Assembly: GCF_009914755.1 (NCBI RefSeq)
Contig: NC_060933.1
Reading direction: 5' to 3' (one strand)
Source of the DNA: the human T2T-CHM13v2.0 reference genome, Homo sapiens
Length of the DNA: 64,000 bases
The first letter of the stretch is position 1. Every line of letters starts with the position of its first letter. The position numbers and the translations under genes are program-made. Shown here one piece after another: positions 12,501-24,500 of the stretch. The notes under the pieces were generated by a model. The model did no database searches. It was not told the origin of the DNA and was given only the letters and a program-made list of their open reading frames with translations.

Positions 12501-15500
12501 GTATCCTATGAATCCCATCTGTGTTTTGTGCTTCTTTCCAGCAATTTTTTTTTCTATTGGTTGAGAATGCTTACCCATTGCCTGTACAATCATTGTAGCT
12601 TGGAAGTAGTTAAGTTGTTTTATAATTCACAGACTCATGGCAGAAGGGACTGTAGACTTGTCTCAGATAAGACTTTGGGCTTTGGATATTTGAGTAAATG
12701 CTGTAATGAGTTAAGATTTGGGGGACTGTAGGGAAGGCATCATTGTATTTTGCAATGTGAGAAAGACATGAGATTTGGGGGACCCGGGACAGAGTAATAT
12801 GATTTGGCTCTGTACCTCTCCCAAAACTCATGTGGAATTTTAATGGGGAATGTTAAAGGTGGGGGCTGGTGGAAGGTGATTTAATCATGGTGGAGAGTGG
12901 AGGTTGGATGGGAGGGATGGGGAGAGTTGGAGGGTATTGAGGGGGTGGGGAGAGTTGGGGGGGATTGTGTTTGGGTTTATGGGTAAAAGGCAGGAGTGGG
13001 GGTGGATCCTTCACAAATGGGTAAACACCATCTCCTTAATGCTGCCCTTCTGAGAGTGAGTTCTATTCATGATTTTGGAGCTGTGAGATTGAATGAACAG
13101 TGTCCTGCTGGGTTTTGGATGTGCATTGGGCCTGTGGTCCCACTTGTGTTATTTTTCTTGGAAATTTCTTCCCTTTGGATTGAGAAAACTTACCCAATAC
13201 CTGTACCATCATTGTACCTAGAAAGAAATGAATGCCCTTTTAACTTCAGGGCCTCATAGGCAGAAGAGACTGTAGCCTGATCTCAGATGAGACTTTTAAC
13301 TTTTCACATTTGAGTTAGTGTGGAAATGAGTTAAGGCTTTTGGAAACTTTTGAAAAGATGTGATTGTATTTTACTGTGTGAGAAGGACATGGGATTTGGG
13401 GGGGTCAAGGTCAGCATAATATGATTTGGCTGTGTGCCTCTAGAAAAACTCACATGGAATTTTAATCCCAAATGTTGGAGGTGGGGCCTGGTGGGAGATT
13501 ATTTAATCATGGATGGGAGGTGTGGGGGTGGAAGAAAAAAGGGGCGGGTAGGGTGGGGAACAGTATGCTGGCTGTAGGGTGGTCGGAGGGTGGTGGGTAG
13601 TAGGAAGGGGGAGTAGCCTGCTGCAGAGGTAGAGGCTCATGGAAAACCTCTACCAGGGCAGTGCACCTGTGGCTTTGCAGGCTTTAGCCCCCATGGCTGC
13701 CCTTATGGGCTGGGCTGGTATTGAGTGTCTATCACTTTTCCAAACTGAGGGTGTGAACTGTTGGTAGGTCTACGAATCTGGGGTCTAGAGGATGGCGGCT
13801 TCCTGCAGAGCGACTCAAAGCCCTTGTTTTCCTTCTGCACTGCCACAGAACAGGATTTCCAAGAGGCTCTGCCTCTGCAGCAGGCTTCTGTCTGGAAACA
13901 GTAGGGGGTGGAGGTGTGTTGGGGGGTGGATCCTTCACCAATGGTTAAGCACCATCTTCTTGATGCTGACTTAGTGATAGTGAGTTCTCATGAGATCTGG
14001 TTGTATAACAGGCTGTGGCACCTCTTTCCTCTGTGAGTCTTGCTCCTACTCCTGCCGTATGAAACATTTCATTGCTGCTTTCCTTCTGGTATGATTGGGA
14101 GGCTTCCTGAGTCTTCCCAGAAGCAGAAGCCACCATGCTTTCTTTACAGCCTGAAGACCCATGAGCCAATGAATCCCTTTTTCATTATGACCACACAGAA
14201 AATAAGTACTGCAAAGTGGAGCTATGAAATATCTTCAAGGACTTTTCCCCATTGTCTTGGCTGTTAGCACTGGGCTTCTTTTTAATGCAAATATCTGAAG
14301 CCTTCTTGAAGTTTCCCCTGGTGGAGAGTGGAGGTTGGATGTGTGGGAAGGGGACAGTTGGAGGGTATTGGGAGGGTGGGGAGAGTTAGGGGGGATTGTG
14401 TTTGGGGTTACAGGTGAAAGGCAGGAGTGCCAGGCTGCAACAAAGATAGCTGAAAATGTAAAGCAGTTCAGAAGTCGGTAACACCAGAAGTTGGAGAGTT
14501 TGGAGAGCTTGAAAAAAGACAGGAAGATGAGGGAAAGTTGGGACCATTGTAGAGACTTGTTAAATAGTTTTGATTAGAATGCTGACAGAAGGAAGGCCAG
14601 GGAAGGCCAGGCTTACAAGGTCTCAGATGAAAATGAGGAACTTACTGGGAACAGGAGCCATGGTTACTTTTGTTTTGCTGTAGCAAAGAACGTGGCTGCA
14701 GGGCGACCTTGCCCTTGAGATCTGTGAAACTTTGAACTTGAGGGTGATGATTTAGTGCATATCTGGTGAAATGAACTTCTAGGCACCATAGCACAAGAGG
14801 GATCCTGTCTGCATCAAACAGTCTGTGCTGTTATGTGTGACCAAGGAAATGACCTCAAGTTGGAACTTATATTTAAATGATAAGCAGAGCTCAAAAGTTT
14901 GAAACATTTGCAGCCTGGCCAGATGGTCAAAGAGAAAAGCTGATTTTCAGGGGGAAAATTCATGAAGTCTCCAGAAATTTGCATAAAATGGAGGCCAGTG
15001 CTAATAGCCAAGACAATTGTGGGGAAAAGGCTTGGAGGCATTTCAGAGATGTTTGCAGCAGCCCTTGCTGTCACGGGCCTTGGGACCTAGGAGAGAAGAA
15101 TGGTTTCCTGGGCCAGCCCCATGGCCCTGCTGCTGTGTGTAGCCTCAGGACACTGCTGCCTGCATCCCAGCAGCCCCAGCTCCTGCTCCGACCTTGGCTG
15201 AAAGATGTACAGGTACAGCTTGGGTCACTGCCTCAGAGGGTGCAAGCTATAGGCCTTGGTTGCTTCTACATAGTGTTAAGCCAGTGGGTGCACGGAGCAC
15301 TAGTCTAGAGACTTGGGAGCCTCCATATATATTTCAGAAGATGTATGAAAATGCCTGGTGTCCAGACAGAAGGCTGCCAAAAAAGCAGAGTCTCATGGGA
15401 AACCTCTACTTGGGCAGTGCAGAAGGAAAATATGAGGTTGGAGCCCCCACACTGGAGGCCACCATCGTGCAGACCCCAGATTCATAGACCCATCAAAAGC

Positions 15501-18500
15501 TTCGTACCCTCCATGGGTTAAAAACTCCAGGCACTCAACACCAGCACAGCCCATGAGGGCAGCTGCGGGGGCTGAACACTGCAAAGCCACAGGTGCAGAG
15601 CTGCCCAAGGCCTTGGGAGCCCACCCTCATGCCCTTGTGCCCTGGATGTGGGACAAGGATTTAAAAAGGATGACTTTGGAGCTGTAGGTTTGAATAAGTG
15701 GCCTGCTGAGTTTCAGAATTTTGTGGGACTTGTAAGTCCTGTTTGTGTTTTGTTCTTCTCTCTGGCAAAAATCTTCCTTTTGGGTGGAGATTCTTACTAA
15801 ATGCCTGGACAATCGTACCTTGGAAGTGGTTAACCTGCTTTGTATTTCAGAGGCTCAGGGGCAGAAGAGACTGCAGCTTTGTCTCAGTTGAGACTTTGGG
15901 CTTCAGACATTTGAGTAAATGCTGGAATGAGTTAAGACCTTGGGGGTCTTATCCAAGACGATGGGGAAAAGTCACTGAAGGCATTTCATAGCTTAACTTC
16001 ACAGTACTAATTTTTTGTGTGTTCATAACAAAAAGGGGTTTAATTGGCTTATAGTTCTGCAGGCTGTAAAAAAAGCATAGTGGCTTGGGGAAATGGCAGG
16101 TAATGCATCATTTCATTTTGCAAAGTGAGAAGGACATGAAATCTGGGTAGGCAGGGACAGAATGATAAGATTTGGCTGTGTGTTACAGAAACTTATCTGG
16201 AATTTTAATTGGAAATCTTAAAAGTGGGGCCAAGTTGAAGGTGATTTAATCATGGAGGGCAGTGGGTGTTGGAAGGTGGGGATTGGGGAGAATGGGTGGA
16301 TTTTGGTGGAGGTGAGGGGTGAAAGGTAGGGTTGGAGGCAGGATCCCTCACAAATGGTTAAACACTGTCTCCTTAATGTTTTCCTCACGATGGTGAGTTC
16401 TCGTGATGGTTTTGGAGCTGTGAGATTGAATGGATACTGGCCTTCTGGGTTTTGGACTTGTGTTGGCCCTGTCATCTCATTTGTGTTATTTTCCTGGCAA
16501 TCTCAAACCCTTTGGATTGAGAAAACTTGCCCAATGCCTCTACCATCATCATACCTTGAAAGAAAAGAACTCCCTTTTAAATTCAGGGACTCATAGGCAA
16601 AAGGGACTGTAGCCTTTTCTCAGGTGAGACGTTGAACTTTTTACATTTGAGTTAATGTTGAAATGACTTAAGACTTTCAGCAACTTTTGAAAAGGCGTGA
16701 TTGTATTTTACTCTGTGAGAAGGATATGATATTCAGGGGATCAGGGTCAGAATAATATGGTTTAGCTGTGTATCCCTACCTAAACTCATGTGGAATTGTA
16801 ATCCTGAATGTTGCAGGTGGGGCCTGGTGGGAGGTGATTTATTCATGGATGGGAGAGGGGTGGGGTTGGAAGTACAAAGAGGAGGTGGGTTAGGTGGGGA
16901 GGAGTAGGTTGGCTGTAGGGTGGTGTGAGGGTGGCATGTTGTGGGAGGGGAGTAGCCTGCTGCAGAGGCAGAGGCTCATGGGAAACCTCTACTAGGGCAG
17001 TGCACCTGTGGCTTTAGCCCCCATGGCTGCTCTCATGGGCTAGGCTGGTGTTTAGTGTGTGTAGCTTTTCCATACTGAGGGTGCGGGCTGTTGGTGCATC
17101 TATGAATCTGGGGTCTGGAGGATGGTGGCCTCCTGCATAGGGGCTCCAAACCCATATTTTCCTTCTGCGCTGCCCTAGTAGAGGTTTTCCAAGAGGCTCT
17201 GCCTCTGTCTCAGGCTTCTGCATGGAGACAGTGAGGGGTGGATATGGGGTGGGGGGCAGATCCTTCACCAATAGTTAAGCATCGTCTTTGTGATGCTGAT
17301 CTCCTCATAGTGAGCTCTCATGAGATCAAGTTGCATAACAGGATATGGCACCTCTTTCCTCTCGCTGTCGTGCTTCTGCTCCTGCTATATGAAACACTTC
17401 ATTGCCACTTGGCCTTCTGGTATGGTTGTGAGGCTTCCTGAGTCCTCCTAGAAGCAGAAACAACTATGCTTTCTTTACAGCCCGAAGAACTGTGAGTCAA
17501 TTAAACCTCTTTTCTTTATGTATATACAGAAAATCAATGCTGCAAGGTGAAGATATGAAATGCCTTCTAGGCCTTTCCCGCAATCTCTTGGCTGTTAGCA
17601 CTGTTTTTTTTAATGCAAATATTGGAGGCCTTCTTGATTTTTCCCTTGATAATGGACCCTTCTTCTTTTACCACATTGCCAGGCTGTGACACAGATAGCT
17701 GACAATGTAGAAGCCAGTTCTGAATTGGGTAATGGCCAGAGGTTAGAGAGTCTGGAGGATGGTAACCTCTTGTGTGGGGCCACCAAGCCTTTTTTTTTGT
17801 TTTTTGTTTTTTTTCTGCTTTGTCCTAGTAGAGGTTTTCCTAGTAGCTCTGCCTCTGCCTCAGGCTTCTGCTTGGAAACAGTGGGGGTTGTGGGTGGTAG
17901 GGGGCAGATCTTTCACCAATGGCTCCACCAATGGTTAAGCATTCTTGATGCTGACCTTGTGTTAGAGAGTTCTCAGGAAATCTGGTTGTATAACAGGGTG
18001 TGGCACCTTTTTCCTCTCTCTGTCTTGTTTCTACTTCTGCCATATAAAACATACTATTGGTGCTTGGTCTTCTGGAATGATTGGGAGGCTTCCTGAGTCC
18101 TCCCAGATGCAGTAGCCTCTATGATTTATTTAAAGCGTGCAGAACCATGAGCCAGTTCAACCTCTTTTCTTTCTGATTATACAGAAAATTAGTGCTGTGA
18201 AATGGAGCTATGAAATGCCTTCAAGGCCTTTTCCTTATTTTCTTGGCAATGAGCACTCAGCTTCTTTTCCGGCAAATATCTGAAGCCTGCCTGAATTTTT
18301 CTCCTGAAACAGACTTTGCTTCTTTTACCACATTGCCAGGCTGCAACAAACATAGCTGAAAATGTAGAAGCAGGTTGAGAAGTGTGTAACGGCCAGAGGT
18401 TGGAGAGTTTGGAGGTGTTGGAAGAAGACAGGAAGATGTGGAAAAGTTTGGACCAGTGTAGAGACTTGTTAAATAGTTATAATTAAAAAGATGACAGAAT

Positions 18501-21500
18501 GATGGACAGTGATGGCCAGGCTTAGAAGGTCTCACATGAAAATGAGGAGCTTGCTGGGATGAGGAGCCAAGGTCACTTTTGTTTTCCCTTAGCAAGGAAC
18601 GTTACTGCACGATGCCGTTAACCTGGAGATCTGTGAAACTTTGAACTTGAGAGTGATGATTTAGAGTGTATCTGGTGGAATGAACTTTTAGGCAGCAAAG
18701 CTCAAGAGGTGTCTGGTCTGTGCCAAACACCCTGAGGTGTCTTATATGTGACCAAAGAAATGACCTCAAGGTGAAACTTATATTTAAATGAGACGGAGAG
18801 CTTAAAAGTTTGGAAAATTTGCAGGCTGGCCAAGTGGTCAAAAAGAAAAGCTGATTTTCCGTGGGAAAGTTCAAGAAGATTTCAGAAATGTGCATAAAAT
18901 GGAATTGAGTGCTAATAGCCAAGACAAGGATAAAAAGGCCTTGAAGGCACTTCAGAGACTTTTGCAGCAACCCTTGCTGTCACAGGCCCCCAGGCCTGGG
19001 AGAAAAGAATGATTTCCTTATCCAGTCCCATGGCCCTGCTGCTGTGTCCATCCTCAGGACACTGCTGGCTGCATACCTGAAGCTCCAGCTCCAACCATGG
19101 CTGACAGATACAAAGGTACATCTTGGGTCACTGCTTCAGAGGGTGCAAGCTGCAAGCCTTGGTGGCTTCCACATAGTGTTGAGCCAGCAGGTGCAAAAAG
19201 GCCAAGACTAGAGGCTCAGAATCCTTCATGTAGACTACAGAGGATTTACAGAAAAACCTGGGTGTCCAGGTCGAAACTATTCAAAGAGGCAGAGCCTCAT
19301 GGGAATCCTTTACTAGGGCAGTATGGAAGGAACATATAGGGTTGGAACCACCACACAGGGAGCACCATTCTGAAACGTCAGATTCATAGACTCACTAACA
19401 TCTTGCATCTTCATTGTGGAAAAGCTACAGGTGCTCAACACTAGCCCAGCCCATGAGGGCAGCTGCGGGGGCTGAACACTGCAAAGCCACAGGTACAGAG
19501 CTGCCCAAGGCCTTGGGAGCCCAGCCCTCACGCCCTTGTGTCCTAGATGTGGGACAAGGACTTAAAAAGGATGATTTTGGAGCTGTAGGTTTGAATAACT
19601 GGCCTGCTGGGTTTTGGAATGTCATGGGAACCTGTAAGTCCCGTTTGTGTTTTGTTCTTCTCTCTGGCAAAAAATCTTCCTTTCGGGTGGAGGTTCTTAC
19701 TCAATGCCTGGACAGTCATACCTTGGAGGTAATTAACTTGCTTTGTATTTCAGAGGCTCAGGGGCAGAAGGGATGGCAGTCTTGTCTCAGAAGAGACTTT
19801 GGGCTTTGGACATTTCAGTAAATGCTGGAATGAGCTAAGACATTGGGAAACTGTAGAGTAGGCATCATTGTATTTTGCAGTGTGAGAACAACATGAGATA
19901 TGGGGGGTCAGGGTCAGAATAATACGATTTGGGTCTGCATCCCTACCAAACTCATTTGGAATTGTAATGGTGAATGTTAAACGTGGGGCCTGGTGTGAGG
20001 TGATTTATTCATGGAGAAGAGTGGGCGTTGGAGGTAGGGGTGTGGGGAGAATGGGGGAGATTATTTTGTGGGTGGGGGTAAAAGGTAAGGGTAGGGGGGC
20101 AGATCCTTCACAAATGTTTAAACACTATCTCCTTAATGCCGCCTGCGTGATAGTGAGTTCTCTTGATGATATTTGCAGCTGTGGGATTGAGTGAATACTG
20201 TCCCGCTGAGTTTTGGACTTGTGTTGGGCCTGTGGGCCCATTTGTGCTATTTTTATGGGAAATTTCTTCCCTTTGGACTGAGAAAGCTTACCCAATGCCC
20301 GTACCATCATTGTACCTGGAAAGAAAAGAACTCCATTTTAAATTCAGGGACTCATAGGCAGAAGAGACTGTAGCCTTGTCTCAGGAGAGACTTTGAACTT
20401 TTTTACATTTGGAATGAGTTAAGACTTTTGGAGATTTTTGAAAAGTCATGATTGCATTTTGCTCTGTGATAAGGACATGAGATTCTGGGATATCAGGGTC
20501 AGAATAATATGGTTTGGCTGTGTGTCCCTATGAATCTCATGCGGAATCGTAATCCCTAATGTTGAAGCGGGTGACTTAATTATGGACGGGAGGTTGGTGG
20601 TGGTGGAAGGTAAAAGGGATGGGTAGGATTGGGAGGAGTGGGTCGGTAGTAGAGTGGTGGGAGGGTGGGTGGTAGTAGGAAGGAGGAGTAGCCTGCTGCA
20701 GAGTGAGGGACTCATGGAAAACCCTCTACTAGGGCAGTGCACCTGTGGTTTGCAGGGTTTAGCTCCTCAGCTGTTCTCATGCGCGGGACTGGTATTGAGG
20801 GCCTGTAGCTTTTCCTCACTGAGGGTGCCAGCTGTTGGTGGGTCTGTGAATCTGGGGTCTGGACGGTGGTAGCCCCCTATGTGGGGGCTCCAAGTCCATA
20901 TTTTCCTTCTGCACTGCCCTAGTAGAGGTTTCCCAAGAACTCTGCATCTGCAGCAGGCTGCTGCCTGGAAACAGTGGGAGGTGGGTGTGGGAGGCAGTCC
21001 CTTCACCAATGGTTAGGCAGCATGTGCTTGATGCTGTCTTCATGATAGTGCGTTCTCATGAGATCTGGTTATATAACAGGGTGTGGCACCGCTTTCCTCT
21101 CTCAGTCTTGCTTCTACTCCTGCCATTTGAAATGTCTCCTTGCCCCTTGGCATTCTGGTAGCTATGAAGTGCCTTCAAGGCCCTTTCCCCTTTTCTTGGC
21201 AACCAGCACTCAGCTTCTTTTCATGCAACTATCTGGAGCCTTCATGAATTTTCCCCCTGAAAGTGGACTTTTCTTCTTTTACCACACTACCAGGTTGTGA
21301 TAAAGATAGCTGACAATGTAGAACCAGGTTCAGAAGTGGGTAAAAGACAGAGGTCAGGAGAGTTGGGAAAGCTTGGAAGACAGCAAGATGAGGAAAATTT
21401 GACCGCTGTGGAGAACTGTTAAATTCTTGCGATCAGAAGGCTGACAGAAGGATAAACACTGAAGTCCAGACTTAAAGGGTCTCAGATGAAAATTAGGAAT

Positions 21501-24500
21501 TTCCTGTGAACAGGAGCCATGGTTACATTTGATTGGCCTTAGCAGAGAACGTGGCTGCACGGGGACCCTGCCCTGGACATCTATGAAACTATGAATTTGG
21601 GGGTGATGATTTCGGATGTACCTGGTGGAATGAACATCTAGGCAGCCTAGCGAGCTGTCCTGTCTGCATTGAATAGCCTGTGTTCTTATGCGTGACCTAA
21701 GAAATGACTTCAAGTTGGAACTTCTATTGAAATGAGAAGTGGAGACCTAAAGTTTGGAAAATCTGCAGCCTGGCCAAGTGGTCAAAAAGAAAAGCTGGTT
21801 TTCCGGGGGAAAATTGAAGAAGGCTTAGAGTATCTGCATAAAAAGAAGCCCAGTGCAAATAGCCAAGACAATGGGAAAGAGGCCTCGAAGGCATTTCATG
21901 GTCCTCTGCAGCAGCCCTTGCTGTCACAGGCCCTAGGGCCTGGCAGAGAAGAATGGTTTCCTGGGCAAGCTCCATGGCCCCATTGCTGTGTGCATCCTCA
22001 GGACACTGCTGGCTGCATCCCTGTAGTTCCAGCTCCAGCCATGGCTCAAAGATGCACAGGTACAGCTTGGGTTACTGCTTCAGAGGTGGCTCCAAGCCTT
22101 GATTGTTTCCATATAGTGTTAAGCCAGCAGGTGTACAGAGTAAGAGACTAGAGGCTTGGGAGCCTCTGTGTAGACTCCAGAAGATGCACAGAAAAGCCTG
22201 GATGTCTAGGAAAGAAGCTTTTCCAAGAGGCAGGGCCTCCTGGGAAACCTCTACTAGGGGAGCAAACAAGGGACATATAGGGTTGAAGCCCCCACACAGG
22301 GAGGCATCATTCTCCAAACCCCAGATTCATAGACCCACAAGCAGCTTGCACCCTCAGTATGGAAAAGCTACGAGGCACACAACACCAGCTGTGTCCATGA
22401 GGGCCGCTGCAGGGGCTGAACCCTGCAAAGCCACAGGTGCAGATTGGCCCAAGACCTTGGGAGCCCAGCCCTCACACCCCTGTACCATGGATGTGGGACA
22501 GGGATTCAAAAAGGATGATTCTGGAGCTGTAGGATTGACTGACTGGCCTGCTGGGTTTTGGACATTCATGTATCCTATGAATCCCGTCTGTGTTTTGTGC
22601 TTCTTTCTAGCAGTTTTTTTTTTTTTTTCTTTTGGCTGAGAAGGCTTACCCATTGCCTGTACAATCATTATACCTTGGAAGTAGTGAAGTTGCCTTATAA
22701 TCCAGAGACTCATGGGCAGAAGGGACTGTAGACTTGTCTCAGATAAGACTTCGGGCTTTGGACACCTGAGTAAATGCTGGAATGAGTTAAGATTTGGGGG
22801 ACTGCAGGGAAGGCATCATTGTATTTTGCAATGTGAGAAAGACATGAGATTTGGGGGACCAGGGACAGAATAATATGATTTGGCTCTGTGCCTCCCCCAA
22901 AACTTGTGGAATTTTAATGGGGAATGTTAAAGGTGGGGGCTGGTGGAAGGTGATTTAATCATGGTGGAGAGTGGATGTTGGATGGGGGGGATGGGGAGAG
23001 TTGGAGGGTATTGGAGGGTGGGGAGAGTTGGGGGGTTTTTCGGGGGATGGGGAGAGTTGGGATTGTGGTGGGGTTATGGGTGAAAGGCAGGTGTGGAGGT
23101 GGATCCTTCAGAAATGGTTAAACACAGTCTCCTTAATGCTGTCCTTCTGATAGTGAGTTCTCTTCATAATTTTGGAGCCGTGAGACTGAATGAACACTGA
23201 CCTGCTGGGTTTTGGATGTCCATTGTGCCTGTGGTCCCACTTGTGTTATTTTTCTTGGAAATTTCTTCCGTTTGGATTGAGAAAACTTACCCAATACCTG
23301 TACCATCATTGTTCCTTGAAAGAAAGGAGTGTGCTTTTAATTTCAGGGACTCATAGGCAGAAGGGCCTTGTCTCAGATGAGACTTTTAACTTTTCACACT
23401 TGAGTTAATGCGGGAATGAGTTAAGGCTTTTGGAAACTTTTGAACAGGTGTGATTGTATTTTACTGTGTGAGAAGGACATGGGATTTGGGGGGGTCAAGG
23501 TCAGCATAATATGATTTGGTTGTGTGCCTCTAGAAAAACTCACTTGGAATTGTAATCCCAAATGTTGGAGGTGGGGCCTGGTGGGAGATTATTTAATCAT
23601 GGATGGGAGGTGTGGGGGTGGAAGAAAAAAGGGGCGGGTAGGGTGGGGAACAGTATGCTGGCTGTAGGGTGGTCGGAGGGTGGTGGGTAGTAGGAAGGGG
23701 GAGTAGCCTGCTGCAGAGGCAGAGGCTCATGGAAAACCTCTACCACGGCAGTGCACCTGTGGCTTTGCAGGCTTTAGCCCCCATGGCTGCCTTTATGGGC
23801 TGGGCTGGTATTGAGTGCCTATGGCTTTTCCATACTGAGGGTGTGAACTGTTGGTAGGTCTATGAATCTGGGGTCTAGAGGAGGGCGGCCTCCTGCAGAG
23901 CGACTCAAAGCCCTTGTTTTCCTTCTGCACTGCCACAGAACAGGATTTCCAAGAGGCTCTGCCTCTGCAGCAGGCTTCTGTCTGGAAACAGTAGGGGGTG
24001 GAGGTGTGTTGGGGGGTGGATCCTTCACCAATGGTTAAGCACCATCTTCTTGATGCTGACTTAGTGATAGTGAGTTCTCATGAGATCTGGTTGTATAACA
24101 GGCTGTGGCACCTCTTTCCTCTGTGAGTCTTGCTCCTGCTCCTGCCGTATGAAACATTTCATTGCTGCTTTCCTTCTGGTATGATTGGGAGGCTTCCTGA
24201 GTCTTCCCAGAAGCAGAAGCCACCATGCTTTCTTTACAGCCTGAAGACCCATGAGCCAATGAATCCCCTTTTCATTATGACCACACAGAAAATAAGTACT
24301 GCAAAGTGGAGCTATGAAATATCTTCAATGACTTTTCCCCACTGTTTTGGCTGTTAGCACTGGGCTTCTTTTTAACGCAAATATCTGAAGCCTTCTTGAA
24401 GTTTCCCCTGGTGGAGACTGGAGGTTGGATGGGGGGGAGGATGGGGAGAGTTGGAGGGTATTGGGGGGGTGGGGAGAGTTGTGGGGGATTGGGATTGTGT

